A stretch of 47,267 nt of DNA, taken from positions 1 to 47,267 of the forward strand of contig JAQGDQ010001324.1 of the NCBI GenBank assembly GCA_030141605.1, given 5' to 3'. This document shows, piece after piece, positions 12,967-26,945 of the stretch (the first letter of the stretch is position 1; every line of letters begins with the position of its first letter). Source of the DNA: Tubiluchus corallicola (Eukaryota > Animalia > Priapulida). Under the pieces are notes generated by a model. It searched no databases. It was not told where the DNA came from and saw nothing but the letters and a program-made list of their open reading frames with translations. Made by a program: the position numbers and the translations under genes.

Positions 12967-13323
12967 CATGGTTAAAGACCCGACGTGTATTTGTGTGCAC
13001 AAGGTATAAAATTGAATTAGCATGTTCCTTAGTTCTATGTTTAACAACACTTTCAATTGAGTGTGAAATTCTAAGAGTTTAATAATTACAAAATTGGTTG
13101 GATAAAATGCTTAAGGGCCCAATAATTTAATGCGGACTTAATTTATTATTTTTTTATTTAACTGATCTAATTTATTTAATTTTATTAAACAATTAAGAAT
13201 CACGGGTGGTATTCACCTTCCCATTCGAAGATTCCCATCAGAATTGTCATATCCCGTATATTCTTTGTGGAGGCTACCTTACACCAGATATGACAACAAC
13301 AAACACAGCCCTGAACTAGTTAA

Positions 13324-13914
13324 AGGAAAACCGGACCCAATCTTTTATCTTAAACCATAGCTCAAAACAGTCTACCTCATGGCTCGTAAAATATTGAAAG
13401 GAAACTTACTATTTTTTCAAGAAAAACTTACGTGAAAGAATTATTACCACAGAAACGTAGTTTTAGGTTCGAGTAACTAGTTCTTCGCTGTTACATGCAT
13501 TTCGCCATTGGCTAGTTAGATGGACACTAGAGCCTGCATCTCGAAAAAGAAATGCTCAAAAAAACAAGTGCTCTCAAGTCAGACGTGTTCAGTTGTGACG
13601 TAGTACATACGTTCGAGAAGCTCATACTTGAGCACAGTGGTAACTTGAAATCTGGAATACTTAAAATTCCCCGAGTTTTGCATATTAATTTTCGCTTTCT
13701 CGAACGCGTGCAACACACTCAAGGAATGTGTGTGTTGTTGAAAATTATGCTAGTTTGTGATGTCATCAATAGTTGGATTCGCTTGCCGTTAATTAAAATT
13801 TTAGCCTATTATTTAATTATCAGAAACACTTTGGCATTATTATACATGTTGAAATATATACTTTTTACCGTACTTCAAAATAGGGTAGGATATGAAAAAT
13901 CATCCTGTTTTCCT
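13324..13914 (+). mobile_element. Kolobok/T2-type MITE, family A, copy 1
   Basis: TTAA|AGGAAAACCGGA ... TCCTGTTTTCCT|TTAA. TTAA TSD with AG..CT termini. Homologous to three other copies. Confidence 0.88.
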
Positions 13915-15523
13915 TTAAATTTGATAACAATAGACAACTTTGGTTACAGCTCACTGTGTAGGTAGTTTTGAGTTCAAAACCTGCCAAAAGCCCAATTATT
14001 ACAAAGGTTAGAAAACAAACACACCTTTCTGGTAATTTTATTCGACATATTTTCCACCTGCATTGGATCTTCGTTGTGGCTGCAGCTCAGAAAAAGAAGT
14101 GCTCACCACCACACATTTTCCGCTGCATCTACTAACAATCTTTCGAAACCCACATTTAGGTATTCGCGGAACCATTGCTAAAACCTTTGCAGCTAACCAT
14201 AATGAGTTGTACTACGTACGCCGCGAGCCTGAGCGGCGCCAGTGCTCACCACGGTGCCACCAACGAATCCCGAGTAGAATTATTGTTATTTATTATTATT
14301 ATAATTCTTTATTTTTAAAAACTATGTACAGAATACATTCCCTCTATTTGTAGGGATATGTTTAAAATTTCTAAAAGCATTTACAACGTGTTAAACCTGT
14401 TCACGTGTATATATAATTTAGAATCCAACGCACGAGACACATTGAACGACAACGATCATATACAATAGACATAGTTACAATAGACATAGTTACAAATTAT
14501 AATCCAACACTATATACATGCATAATAAAAGATAAGAACACTTTTTAATACTTAGTAACAAAAATTTACACACATTATACACAATGAAAAACAGCGAGTA
14601 CAATTATAATAAACATAATTACCAATTCTAATGTAAATTCACATAATCATAAATAAAAACAAAACAGCATATAGAAAACACGACGAGAGTTGTAAAATTT
14701 CATCACCAACAGACTGTTTACATACGGGCGAAAGACGATAGAAATTCATCCGAGATAAGATTTGCAAAAGCATTTATAGCATTATTATCCCGGGTAGAGA
14801 AAACATAGTCCGAATCTAAAGTAGGCAGAGTGCTAATAAAATCATTCCTTTTGGTTTGATTTACTAATGTTATTATTATTGTTAAAAATATTCTAACTTG
14901 GTTTAATTTATAATAATAATTTTTGTAGATGGCGCATGACTAGAGTCGCTGACACTTGAGGTTTGTATTATACGTTACCAGTAAGAACCGTCTTCAAGAA
15001 AGCCTTAAAATCTTGCAGAAAACAGACGGTAAAACCCAAAACAACTTAGGTAGTTAAGATAAATAAAGACGTTCAACAGCTTTGACCAAGTCTATCTTTA
15101 TATATATGAATTTTTGTTTATTTTGAATGGATTTACAACACAGTAACTATTACTGACCACAGTATTTCCACTATGTGCAGCGATGAAATATGCAATTAGT
15201 TAGTTTGAGTATGTAATAACTCAAGATAGTTAGTTCAAAAATGTGAGTAGTTCATTAGTTAATACTTAATTAAAATTTACAAAACCCATACAATAGATAC
15301 GAGAACAGAAACGATTTTCGATGTACATAAACCTATAAGCCCATACGATAAGTTGTACATTGTAATGTACAATGTTGCTACTTAAGTCAGAAATCCAATA
15401 CATGTGAAATTAATACAATTAGTGTAGTATTACAGTTATTGCAGCAGTACATATAGTTGATTCTAGCACAAGTTGTTTATTAATGAGCAGTTGATTGGGA
15501 AACAGTCTACATAATAACTTAAA

Positions 15524-15685
15524 ATACAATTATACGTACAATCGGTTAACAAAACGTTTAGTGGACTTTATGTAGTTCTGCAACACTTTGAAGAGAATGC
15601 CACTGGATGGATGACCTGATCTGAGTTTATGAAAAATGTTGTTGTATATAATAGCAGGTATAGGTTTGGTGTTTAAATCTAGTTT
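15524..15685 (-). repeat. Dispersed repeat shared with 42952-43113, probably a decayed LINE ORF2 C-terminus
   Basis: ~160 bp of clear homology (ctttatgtagttctgcaaca...ggatgacctgatctga). Minus-strand translation KTRF...IRSSIQWHSL is weakly LINE-like. Confidence 0.7.
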
Positions 15686-16755
15686 TAGGAGTAGATGAAT
15701 TTACGCTGTTAGCTGCAGAATAGAAGTGGGTGGAAAACTTTAATGAATGTTGATTGTTCAGTGTCTGCAATAGATGGGATAAGATTTTGAAGAAAGATAC
15801 ACATGGCGTCAAGGAATCTAACAATTAAATCTATTGTTATAACAACTTACTGAATTATATCAAACCTAATTACCAAATTAGCTATATGTGTTTATCACCT
15901 AATTCCCTAGCTGCTAAAGAGAAGTCTGTAATTATGTAACATAATCAGACTTTTTCCCTCAAAAAACTCAAATGATGCACTCCATGTTTGATATTAATCC
16001 GCTATAAGCGATTATTATTATAAAATTAACAGATTAACAGAAGATTAATCAAGCCATCAAACAGATTAAGACAGATTTTGCCTGGGGGACCAAGCCACGT
16101 GCACAAAGGTAGAAGGAGCGTGTAATAGCTGACATATGGCAGAGTAGCAGCGCTGGACGATACAATTACATCTCCTATGTATTATATATGAAACAAACCA
16201 AAGCAGTGCCGTTGATTACTACGTATTTGCATATTATGATTATGGACGCATCTCTGCTATACTAACCTAATTAGAATGAAAACTCAAAGCTTCGTTGCGC
16301 TTAAATAAATTATTAAACTAAGTTAATTATATGCACAATACGTCACTAATAATTATTTACCAGCGTGCTTGCTTGATTTCGAAAAATTTTCGCATTTCTC
16401 AGAATTGTGTTATTGTTTAGTCGTGGATTGGGTGGCCGAGTGCAACCACACGGTCGTGAGTTCGAAACTAGCAGCTGCACACGCCAGGAGATATACCCTA
16501 CATGTTAATCGTTATTTGTGTGTTACGTCTTTACATCTCGTCTTTGCCTTTCTCTCTAAAAAACATTTAAGTGATCTTATATTTTTTTGTTTATAGTAGT
16601 TTTAAAGCGTCGTTGTTATGTTGCCTTTATTATTTTATTGTTCATAAAAGCAATACACAATACACGTCTACTGAATAATACTGCAAATACAAAAAATAAT
16701 AATCGCTCGTTTTTCACTCAAATTTCGAATAATGCGAAATAACAATGTTTTTTAA

Positions 16756-17357
16756 AGGAAAACATGCCGATTTTTCACATCATATACCCCATTTGAAAGA
16801 CAGTAAAATATATACATTTTAACACTTACAATTATAGCCAAATCGTTTCTGATAATTAAATAATAGTAAATTAAAAAAGCCCAACTAGTGATGACATCAC
16901 AAACTAACATAACTTTCAACAGTACAAACATTCCACGAACATGTAGCACGTGCTTGCAAAAGCAAAGATTGAATTGCAGCGCTGCTGCAAGAGGTCCAGT
17001 GTGTTGTACTAAAATTTGGCTAAAGTTTTAGAACGAAAATTCAAATTTCGAATTTACCACTGTGCTAACACATGAGCTGCCGAACGTGTGTACTACGTCA
17101 CAGCTGGACACCTTTGAAATGAGTAGCGCAGCACCTGTTTTTGTGCAACGCGTTTCATATTGCATTCACTAGAGCCCATGTAACTGCGAATGGTGAAATG
17201 CAACAGTGAAGAACTAGCCGCGCGAACACAAACTTTGGTTTCTGTGGCAATACTTCTTTCACAAAACTCCATCTTGAAATAATAGTTTTTTCGTTTTCAT
17301 AATAATATAGTGTAGACTGTTTTAACCTATGGCTTGAAATTGGATCCGGTTTTTCAT
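16756..17357 (-). mobile_element. Kolobok/T2-type MITE, family A, copy 2 (inverted)
   Basis: TTAA|AGGAAAAC at 16752. Body is a reverse-complement homolog of 13324-13914. The other terminus is degenerate. Confidence 0.82.
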
Positions 17358-18353
17358 TACGCATAGTATGTCCAGCATAAGAAATTGGAGAACAAATGTT
17401 CATGCGTGCCAAAGACAAGTTCATGTAATCTAAGAAGTTAATCATTCCAGAATAACAAATATTCCAATTGGGTATCTCTGTAAAGATATTTGCTCTGTTA
17501 TTAGATTTACCTTCAAGACAAATACACTCACGGGTAAGCAAGGGTTATTAAGGTATTTACTACCTGTTCTAATTACCTGTCCAACAGGTAGCTAATGGCA
17601 GGTATTTGTCACGGGAGCACGTTCTGTGTGTTTTCTTTGCGGCTTTAGGGACTCCATTATAGATAACGAGGGTAAACAGGAGCCATTGTTCGGTCACACT
17701 TCACTCTCCCAAGCTGTCATCTAACGGTACATCCTGACTACTGACCAGTGTCCAGTGTCGTCAATGAATGGGACAAAAGTATGTCCAGAGCTGGACAGGG
17801 TAATTGTGTTATGAAGTGTTTTGTGGTTTAAACGGGCGAACGTTAGGGTTTTATTGTTAAATGCACGCTCCTAAATGAATAGAATTCACCACCTCTGTCA
17901 TTTCAACCCTTGCACAGTGACAATGCAAATATTTCAAGGTCATTTTCCTTTAATCATATATGTCAGGTCGGGAACTTTGCGTGTATTTATAATAATTAGT
18001 TTTAGTTTGGATGATAATTCAGCTGAACATTCAGCACTCACTTAACTGCATGCTACACAGAAAGCAAGAGAAACGTTGTTTTTACCAAATGGGCAAAACT
18101 TTCTAGACTCAAACATAATTGGTTGTTTTAGAAACAATGACAAAAATTGCGCCATTGTCACTTGGTCTGTCGGTTATCTAGACGGTTCATTTGACTAGCA
18201 GGTCCAATCGGTAGAACGCCTTTAATTGATTAGTCATCCATTGCCGTATAATAGTTAACTGGCTAACCAGCAATATATCACTCAATAAACAGATCGATCG
18301 ACCGATATCAGTCGGTCGGTTGGTCGGTCAGTTGGTCAATCTAATGTCGACTG

Positions 18354-18360
18354 ATCAATT

Positions 18361-18401
<41 letters not shown>

Positions 18402-18500
18402 GTCAATCAATCAATCAATCAATCAACAAACCGTTTCAATCGGCCAGCCAATCAGTTAATCATTCAACCAACCAATTAAACAATCAATTAAATAACCAAT
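18354..18500. repeat. (AATC)n tetranucleotide repeat
   Basis: Seen directly. Confidence 0.9.
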
Positions 18501-18558
18501 AAATCCATAAAATATAATTTCCGAGCTCCTGCTTGCTTATTTTTGCGCACTTTTTAAT

Positions 18559-19047
<489 letters not shown>

Positions 19048-19737
19048 AATTTATTGACAAAGATTATCTTGTTACAGGGAGTGAGACACATTGCTAGTAA
19101 AATAACAACATCCATCTTAGGTCCAGAAAAAAACAAAACGGTGCTTAACCGGCCTGCAAAAACACATTTTGCTTTTTTACTTTGAATGGACCCAACCTGT
19201 ACTTTAGCAGTTGTAGCAGACTAGCCTAGCGGTACACGACCCTGATGCCATCACACCTTTGCGCCACGCCTCGCTCGCCCGTCCCCCGCCAGGTGCCCAC
19301 GCGTCATTAACAAAGCTCTAGCGTTGATTCGCAATCACGTTATTTTATATTCAATTACGCATTAATAGGCTGCGCGCTTTCAATGCAAAATGAGCGCATT
19401 TATTACAGAATGGTGAAAGTGGATTGCAAGTAAGAGTGAACGCTTATGGCAACCTACTCCTTCTGTATAGAAAAAACAATTTCTGTTCTCAACTGCATTG
19501 CAATCTACGCTTAGTTTAAACTTAGTTTATTTGGTTTAGATTAGACAGTTTTTAAACTGATAGATGAATGCTCACCTTGCAAGTGTATGTACAAACAATA
19601 GTGCCGATAAAATAAAGTAATGTAAATATGAACAAACTCACATAGATATACGTACATACAAACACATATAAACAAAGACATATTATACATAGAGAGAGTT
19701 AGCACATGTGACATAATGAATAATATAATAATTGAAC

Positions 19738-19953
<216 letters not shown>

Positions 19954-20897
19954 CTCAAAATTTACCATAAAATACATAATAGGATCCTAAAGTCTGATCA
20001 CATTATAAGGTTTAATCCTCTTAATGAAATTTTGAATACTAAAATACTAGCACGTTTGTGCTAAATATATACGAAAAAAGCGGCAAATAAATTACCGAAA
20101 AAGAAATCAGTTTTTTTGGCATTTTGCTAGCTAACTTTGTATCAATCCGTTTTATTCTCTCCAATGCAAATATTTTATACTGCATCACTTTAACATGATT
20201 ATGCCTTGATAATTATTTTAATTACCTCAATACATCATGGTCTCCGCATAATAGCTTGTAAATGTCTAAGATCTCAGTTAAAAGATTGAAAATGCTAATT
20301 TTACCCAATTTTCTCGCTCAGACGTACCAAAAATAGTTTGTATTCGTTCGCCCATTTTAAAATGGTTTAATTAAACGAGCATCTATCGAATGAGACGTCG
20401 ACCTTACCTCTAACTGTGCAAACCAGTAAATGCAGACGTTGTCAGATCTCATTGCACAATTTAGACAATGATCTTGAATCATTGTGTGTAACTTTAGACA
20501 AACATCTGACGTCAAACTGCGCAATTAAGACAATGATCTTACATCACATTGTGTTCTTGGGAAAACCACCCAGGTACCCAGGTCACTTTTATGAACTAGC
20601 AAAAGGGAATACTCCTCCAGGTCTTCCCTTGTGTGACGTCAACAGAAAGAACCACGTGCCCAATTCAATTTTACATCACAGTGGGTTTATTAGGCTAGTT
20701 AGTGTGAAATTCAAGTAGGAAATTGAATACCCTTTCGTTGTCTTAAAACAGATTCATTGGACGAATTGACTAAATAAAGACTTGTGCTGCTTAAGACTAG
20801 TCAATCAGTTGAGGAAGCTTGTTAGGATGGAAACTCCTGATAATTAAAAAAAATCTGTTTTGAAACCAAGAAAGGCCATTCAACTTGTTAATCATGA

Positions 20898-20961
20898 ATT
20901 ATTATTATTATTGTTGTTGTTGTTGTTATTATTATTGTTGTTGTTATTATTATTATTATTA

Positions 20962-20990
<29 letters not shown>
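20898..20990. repeat. (TTA)n/(TTG)n microsatellite
   Basis: Seen directly. Confidence 0.95.
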
Positions 20991-20993
<3 letters not shown>

Positions 20994-21167
20994 TTTATTT
21001 CAGACATTCAAAGTCGATAAGAGAAAAAATAAGGTACACAAGTAATAAAACACAGAGTTAGTCTACAGAAAACATAGTGACTTTATTTACAGGAAAATGT
21101 TACATACAAGAATGTGTATATAATTTTCTTTGCCACGACTTAAAAATGCTCGACCTAAAAATTTGAT

Positions 21168-22448
21168 CAGTATTGTGCCACGAGTTATTAACAACAGTAT
21201 TCTGACTCCAGCCTACTTCTGAGACAAACTACAGTATTGTGCCACGAGTTATTAACAACAGTATTCTGACTCCAGCCTACTTCTGAGACAAACTACAGTA
21301 TTGTACCACGACTTATTAACAACAGTATTCTGACTCCAGCCTACTTGTGAGACGAACTACAGTATTGTACCACGAGTTATTAACAACAGTATTCTGACTC
21401 CAGCCTACTTGTGAGACAAACTACAGTATTGTACCACGAGTTATTAACAACAGTATTCTGACTCCAGCCTACTTCTGAGACAAACTACAGTATTGTACCA
21501 CGACTTATTAACAACAGTGTTCTGACTCCAGCCTACTTCTGAGACAAACTACAGTATTGTACCACGAGTTATTAACAACAGTATTCTGACTCCAGCCTAC
21601 TTCTGAGACGAACTTCAGTATTGTACCACGAGTTATTAACAACAGTATTCTGACTCCAGCCTACTTCTGAGACAAACTACAGTATTGTATCACGAGTTAT
21701 TAACAACAGTATTCTGACTCCAGCCTACTTCAGAGACAAACTACAGTATTGTACCACGAGTTATTAACAACAGTATTCTGACTCCAGCCTACTTGTGAGA
21801 CGAACTACAGTATTGTACCACGAGTTATTAACAACAATATTCTGACTCCAGCCTACTTCTGAGACAAACTACAGTATTGTACCACGACTTATTAACAACA
21901 GTGTTCTGACTCCAGCCTACTTCTGAGACAAACTACAGTATTGAACCACGAGTCATTAACAACAGTATTCTGACTCCAGCCTACTTCTGAGACAAACTAC
22001 AGTATTGTACCACGAGTTATTAACAACAGTATTCTGACTCCAGCCTACTTCTGAGACAAACTACAGTATTGAACCACGAGTCATTAACAACAGTATTCTG
22101 ACTCCAGCCTACTTCTGAGACAAACTACAGTATTGTACCACGAGTTATTAACAACAGTATTCTGACTCCAGCCTACTTCTGAGACAAACTACAGTATTGC
22201 ATCACGAGTTATTAACAACAGTATTCTGACTCCAGCCTACTTCTGAGACAAACTACAGTATTGTATCACGAGTTATTAACAACAGTATTCTGACTCCAGC
22301 CTACTTCTGAGACAAACTACAGTATTGTATCACGAGTTATTAACAACAGTATTCTGACTCCAGCCTACTTCTGAGACAAACTACAGTATTGTATCACGAG
22401 TTATTAACAACAGTATTCTGACACCAGCCTACTTCTGAGACGAACTAT
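21168..22448. repeat. Minisatellite, 64-bp unit x ~20
   Basis: Unit cagtattgtaccacgagttattaacaacagtattctgactccagcctacttctgagacaaacta, head-to-tail with no spacers. Confidence 0.98.
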
Positions 22449-23139
22449 AACTTCGGAGATCTACAGCTGAAAAATACCTCGATAAATGATGTGTTTTCTT
22501 GAAGTGTGGTTCCAAAATTTAGAATTAAACCAGTAAAAACACACATTAAAATTATTCGTAAAATAGTCTAGAAGAAGCCACAGTAATTGAAACTAAAAAC
22601 CTAATTAACTTCTTATAACTAATTAATGACGAAACAATTTCAAAGGATAGTCTCTATATTTTAGGGACAGCTGTTTTTTTTCTTACTGCTTACGAGGGTA
22701 TGCAAAAGTTTTCAGCTGTTTTACTGAAATTAGATAAGAGTTTGAAGTGGGCTAAAATTCCAAATTACTTGTCTTAATCTTCACAGAGGATTCATCCTGT
22801 GTTAATGGGTTTATCAGTCGGGTAGAGTATTTAAAACTTTAATCTACATTTATTCATTATTTGTGCCGCAGATTACGGTCCACTGTGTTTGGGGACATCA
22901 TTGTCCTTTATTAACAAGCTGTGACCGCTTGTCCGTTGGTCCACCGTTTACAAGTGTTTACTGACCAGTGGTGGACAAATACTGGACAACTGGCATGTTT
23001 GTATGACCAGACAAATAGTGAGCTGCATGGTCTATAGGCCTTGGCGACATGCAGTGATTTTAATAATCACGACTTTTGCTTAAAGTAGATATTGATGTAA
23101 TGACAGCAGCCTAACTGTTGACGAAGGGAAAGTGTTTAA

Positions 23140-23657
23140 AGCAAAACCGGAACCAGTCTTAAACTATAGGTCAAAACAATCTACTCTTTAAAATATTGAA
23201 AGGAAACACACTGTTCTTTCAAGAATGACTTACGTAAAAGAATTATCACCACACAAACACAATTTCACGTTCGCACTACTAGTTCTTGGCTGTGAGATTA
23301 GTTTGTGACGAACTACGCACGTTCGTCAGCTTATGCTTGAACATGGCTGTAAACTTGAAATTTTTATATTTTTTTAAAACTTGCCTAGTTTTAGTACAAC
23401 ACACTGAATATCTTACAGTAGCACTGTGCTTCAATTTTCGCTTTCGCAAACACGTGTAAAACGCTCGTGGAATATTTCGCTGTTGAAAATCATGTTAGTT
23501 TGTGATGTCATCAATACCTGCGCCCGCACTCCGTTAATTAACATTTTAATCTATTATTTAATTATCAGAAAAGCTTTTGCAGTACTAATTGTATTAAAAT
23601 GTACACTTTTTATCGGACAAAAATAGGGTAGTATATGAAAAATCATCTTGTCTTTCT
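23140..23657 (+). mobile_element. Kolobok/T2-type MITE, family A, copy 3 (internal deletion)
   Basis: TTAA|agcaaaaccgga ... tcttgtctttct|TTAA, with a homologous body. Confidence 0.82.
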
Positions 23658-25815
23658 TTAACCATTCAACTCGTACTACAATTCCAACTTCTGGGTCTGC
23701 ATTGTAGAATGTTATCTATGGTCAGGCTCTTAAGTTTTACTTGATACTCAAAGACAAATCTCTCTGCCTGGAGAGCACCAAAGGAGATTGTCAAGCAGCT
23801 CTATTTTGTCCTTCATTAACCATTTCCTTAGACTGATTAACCCTTTCCTCCCACCCACGTTAATTAACTCAAACGAATGAGCCGACATTAATGAACTCTC
23901 GGCTCGTGCCATTCTTAAAGTTTATCACATAATCTGTGACCTCTCACCATTGTCCATCGCGTAAGCGTTGACCTTATCTTATTGTCCGGAGACTATCCAT
24001 CACGTAATCATTGACCTTATCTGGTAATCTTCTATTGTTTCAGTGACGTCAGTTTATTGTTTACTACGCAAGGTGGCGTAAATAGAATCTTGCACACAAC
24101 AGCAGTTTGCCCGTGCAGGGTGTATAATTGTGGTGGACGGGGCGGGGAAAAAGAGACGCCCATGGGAGCATAGCATAGCGTCCCACCTGCCTGTGGATAA
24201 TAAGTTCCCTTCACATAAGTAGTTTGAGAAAAATAGAATCGGGCAGCTCAAAATTCAATATCTTGACTGCAACAAAAACGAACTAGAATTTCTTTGAAAG
24301 GTTTCACATTCAATTTACTCTGTTAGCTAGTCAAGAATTAGGCGTTAAAATTAATATCAAACATTGTGAAGCAATCAAAACTTAAATCAGTTTCGAACTC
24401 ACGCACAAGTTCAACATCTTAATAAGACCGGGTAGTTTTGCTGGCGCTTTCCATGTTTGCTAAAGTACAGCGTTGCTTTGCATTACTTACCATAAAAACT
24501 TATTTACACTCACCTAATCAGCCACCTCTGAGATTTCGTTGAAAAGAAAGTGATAGTACCGTTTACAGTTTATTAATACATTTCACAAACACGTGGCATA
24601 ATTGCAAACAATGAAACAAAACTTATAGTATTACAACAAACAAAATAGTTTTACAATATCCTCAATAGTTATACAAACAGCAATATATATTCGATGGAAA
24701 AAAAAGCATTTTATTGCAGTTTTGTTTCATCATTCGTCGTAATAACAACAATAATGTAACGTGCTACCAAACCCTTGAAAGTCAAAACTTGTAAGAGAGA
24801 CAATGAAATAGTAAGTAGGTCAGATCTGTCTAAAAATTCCAAAATAAGATGTTTAAATCGAATGCGTATTATTGAAAAGATTTATTAATTGCAGGGTTGC
24901 CTTCTGACATTTGCAGCTTCTGTCCTTTCTCTTTCTTTTGTTTTTACTAATTTTCCTAGTATTTTCCGTATAAGTGTTAATAAGTGTTAATAAGTGTGTA
25001 TAGTGTGTTAATAACATTTTGTACGCCATCCTACTACGTTAACGGTACTCGTTACAAGGACTCTTAACTTGTAATTAGTAGCAAAACCAATAAGACATGT
25101 TTCATTATACGTTTTGTCTATTCTAGATGTAGTGAGACAATAAAAATTATTTATTTTCTTGTTATTCTAAAGGTATATTATTGTCACGATAAAACTATTA
25201 TAATTTATTTCGAAATAACACACAGTTGTATGCAATGCGTACGGAAAGTTTAGGAAGTTTAAGATAAGTTGACCTGCAATCTTACAGGTACGAATGATAA
25301 AGCAGTCTCCACCCTCACTAGCACCTAAATAAGGCAATAACCATCTTTGCGGCACAGGTGTGTCTACAAAGTACCGACCAGGTAACGTATATTCTATGCG
25401 GCACAATTCGTAACTTCATTTACTAGTGCAGCTTAAACGTAAACTCGACCGTTGTAAACAATAACAAATGAGCGAAACAAATGGATACAGTAGTGTCAAC
25501 AATAACAATAGCTTACATGTCAACAGTCGTAATGTTGACTGACAAATGTTAGTTTAATTGTCTTAACGTGTAAATTCAGTCGTAATGCAGAGTGGACATC
25601 GGTACATTACAGGGATTCCATAGTCAACAATGTAATTAATGAAAAGATGTTTGCCACAGCAAAGTCATCACATTTCAAGGTGATATAAATAATGCTTACC
25701 ACCTGTGATAAATTCACGGCTGTGCCATCTTGTCTAATGTTTATCACGAATTCGCTTTTAGTATTTGCACTGGAGCCCCTTAGGTGTCTTGCATCATTTT
25801 AAGTACATTATTTAC

Positions 25816-25895
25816 ATAGACATAGACATAGACATAGACATAGACATAGACATAGACATAGACATAGACATAGACATAGACATAGACATAGACAT
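25816..25895. repeat. (GACATA)n hexanucleotide repeat
   Basis: Seen directly. Confidence 0.95.
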
Positions 25896-26030
25896 TTACA
25901 CCAGACATAGACATTTTTATTTATCTCCTCATTTACACCAGAATACAAGTTGACTATTATTGTTATAGTTATTAATTAAAAAGGATAAATTATGCATAAA
26001 GGAAAGAGTTAGGGGGGGGTGCAGGAGAAA

Positions 26031-26069
26031 GGGTAGCGAAAGACCAACTGGTCGTCAAGTCAGCTACCC
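26031..26069 (-). mobile_element. CR1-like LINE 3'-UTR stem-loop remnant
   Basis: Minus strand reads gggtagc-tgacttgac-gaccagttggtc-tttc-gctaccc. Same architecture as 28910-28950. The (GACATA)n repeat lies downstream on this strand. Confidence 0.5.
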
Positions 26070-26502
26070 TTCTCAGGTTAGTGTAACTTGTAAAAAATTT
26101 GTAGTGCTGCTAATTAAAAGGTGTAATATAATTATGAAGTAGGTTAACAAAATCAACTGTTAACATAAATTTATAGGGTTTAAACTTGAAAGCGAAATAA
26201 CTAAATAGGCTATGCAACAAAGAAGCATTAAAATAAAATGAAAAATATGAAATGATGATTAACAAAATATGTAAAGTATTTAACTAAGCCGATTAAAACA
26301 AAAAGAAACTAGAAAAAAGTCAGACCAAAAGAAAAAATAAAACATAAATAATAAATCAGTGAAGGAAACAAAATATGCATGATAAAATCAAACAAAATAT
26401 AATGAAACAAAAATATGCAATAGTGGAAAATTACACTTAACTCTGTACTACAAAAAAGGTAATTAATACGTTTTTACACTGGGAAAGTTTTCCCACAGTG
26501 CA

Positions 26503-26859
26503 ACAAGAAATGCTGTTGTTTAAAATCATGTTAAAACCTAATTAGGCTGGGATTAAGTTTCGACATTGTGCCTCAAATTTGCAATTTTTGACGAATTTCT
26601 TGAAACTGATTTGCTAAGGCAAAATGTCGAGTTTACTATCTGCGGAAAACAGTTAATGCGATCGCAAAAAACGTTTCTTAGTGTTGCGATTATGAAATGT
26701 TTGTGAAATTCGATATGTCCACAGAATTTTTCTTCAATAGTTTTATTGGTAAATCAGTTTTCAAAAAAAAACGATTCATTCGAGGCAACATTGTCACACC
26801 TGATTCTAGTTCGTTTCATTAATTTTAATAATAATGATTTAATAAACACAGCAACTTGT
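26503..26859. repeat. Degenerate ~355-bp fold-back (inverted repeat)
   Basis: Matching arm segments acaag..tgctgt, gacattgtgcctc/gaggcaacattgtc and gaaactgattt/aaatcagttttc. Centre near tcgcaa...ttgcga (~26675). Confidence 0.65.
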
Positions 26860-26945
26860 AAAAAAATTAATTAAAGCAACCGGTTTTCATATTAATCACA
26901 ATATTAGCCAATCATATGTGATGGGGAAAACAAATTTTTAAAATA

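Noticed and set aside
10111-16469. Pol III A/B-box-like words (10111-10121 minus; 16433-16469; also ~42247 and ~44493) as tRNA genes
   Set aside because: No cloverleaf, and boxes are unpaired or too closely spaced. At most decayed SINE heads whose boundaries I cannot support.
21168-22448. CRISPR-like appearance of the 64-bp array (also the 34-bp array at 43133)
   Set aside because: Head-to-tail units with no unique spacers, no cas genes, and a eukaryotic context.
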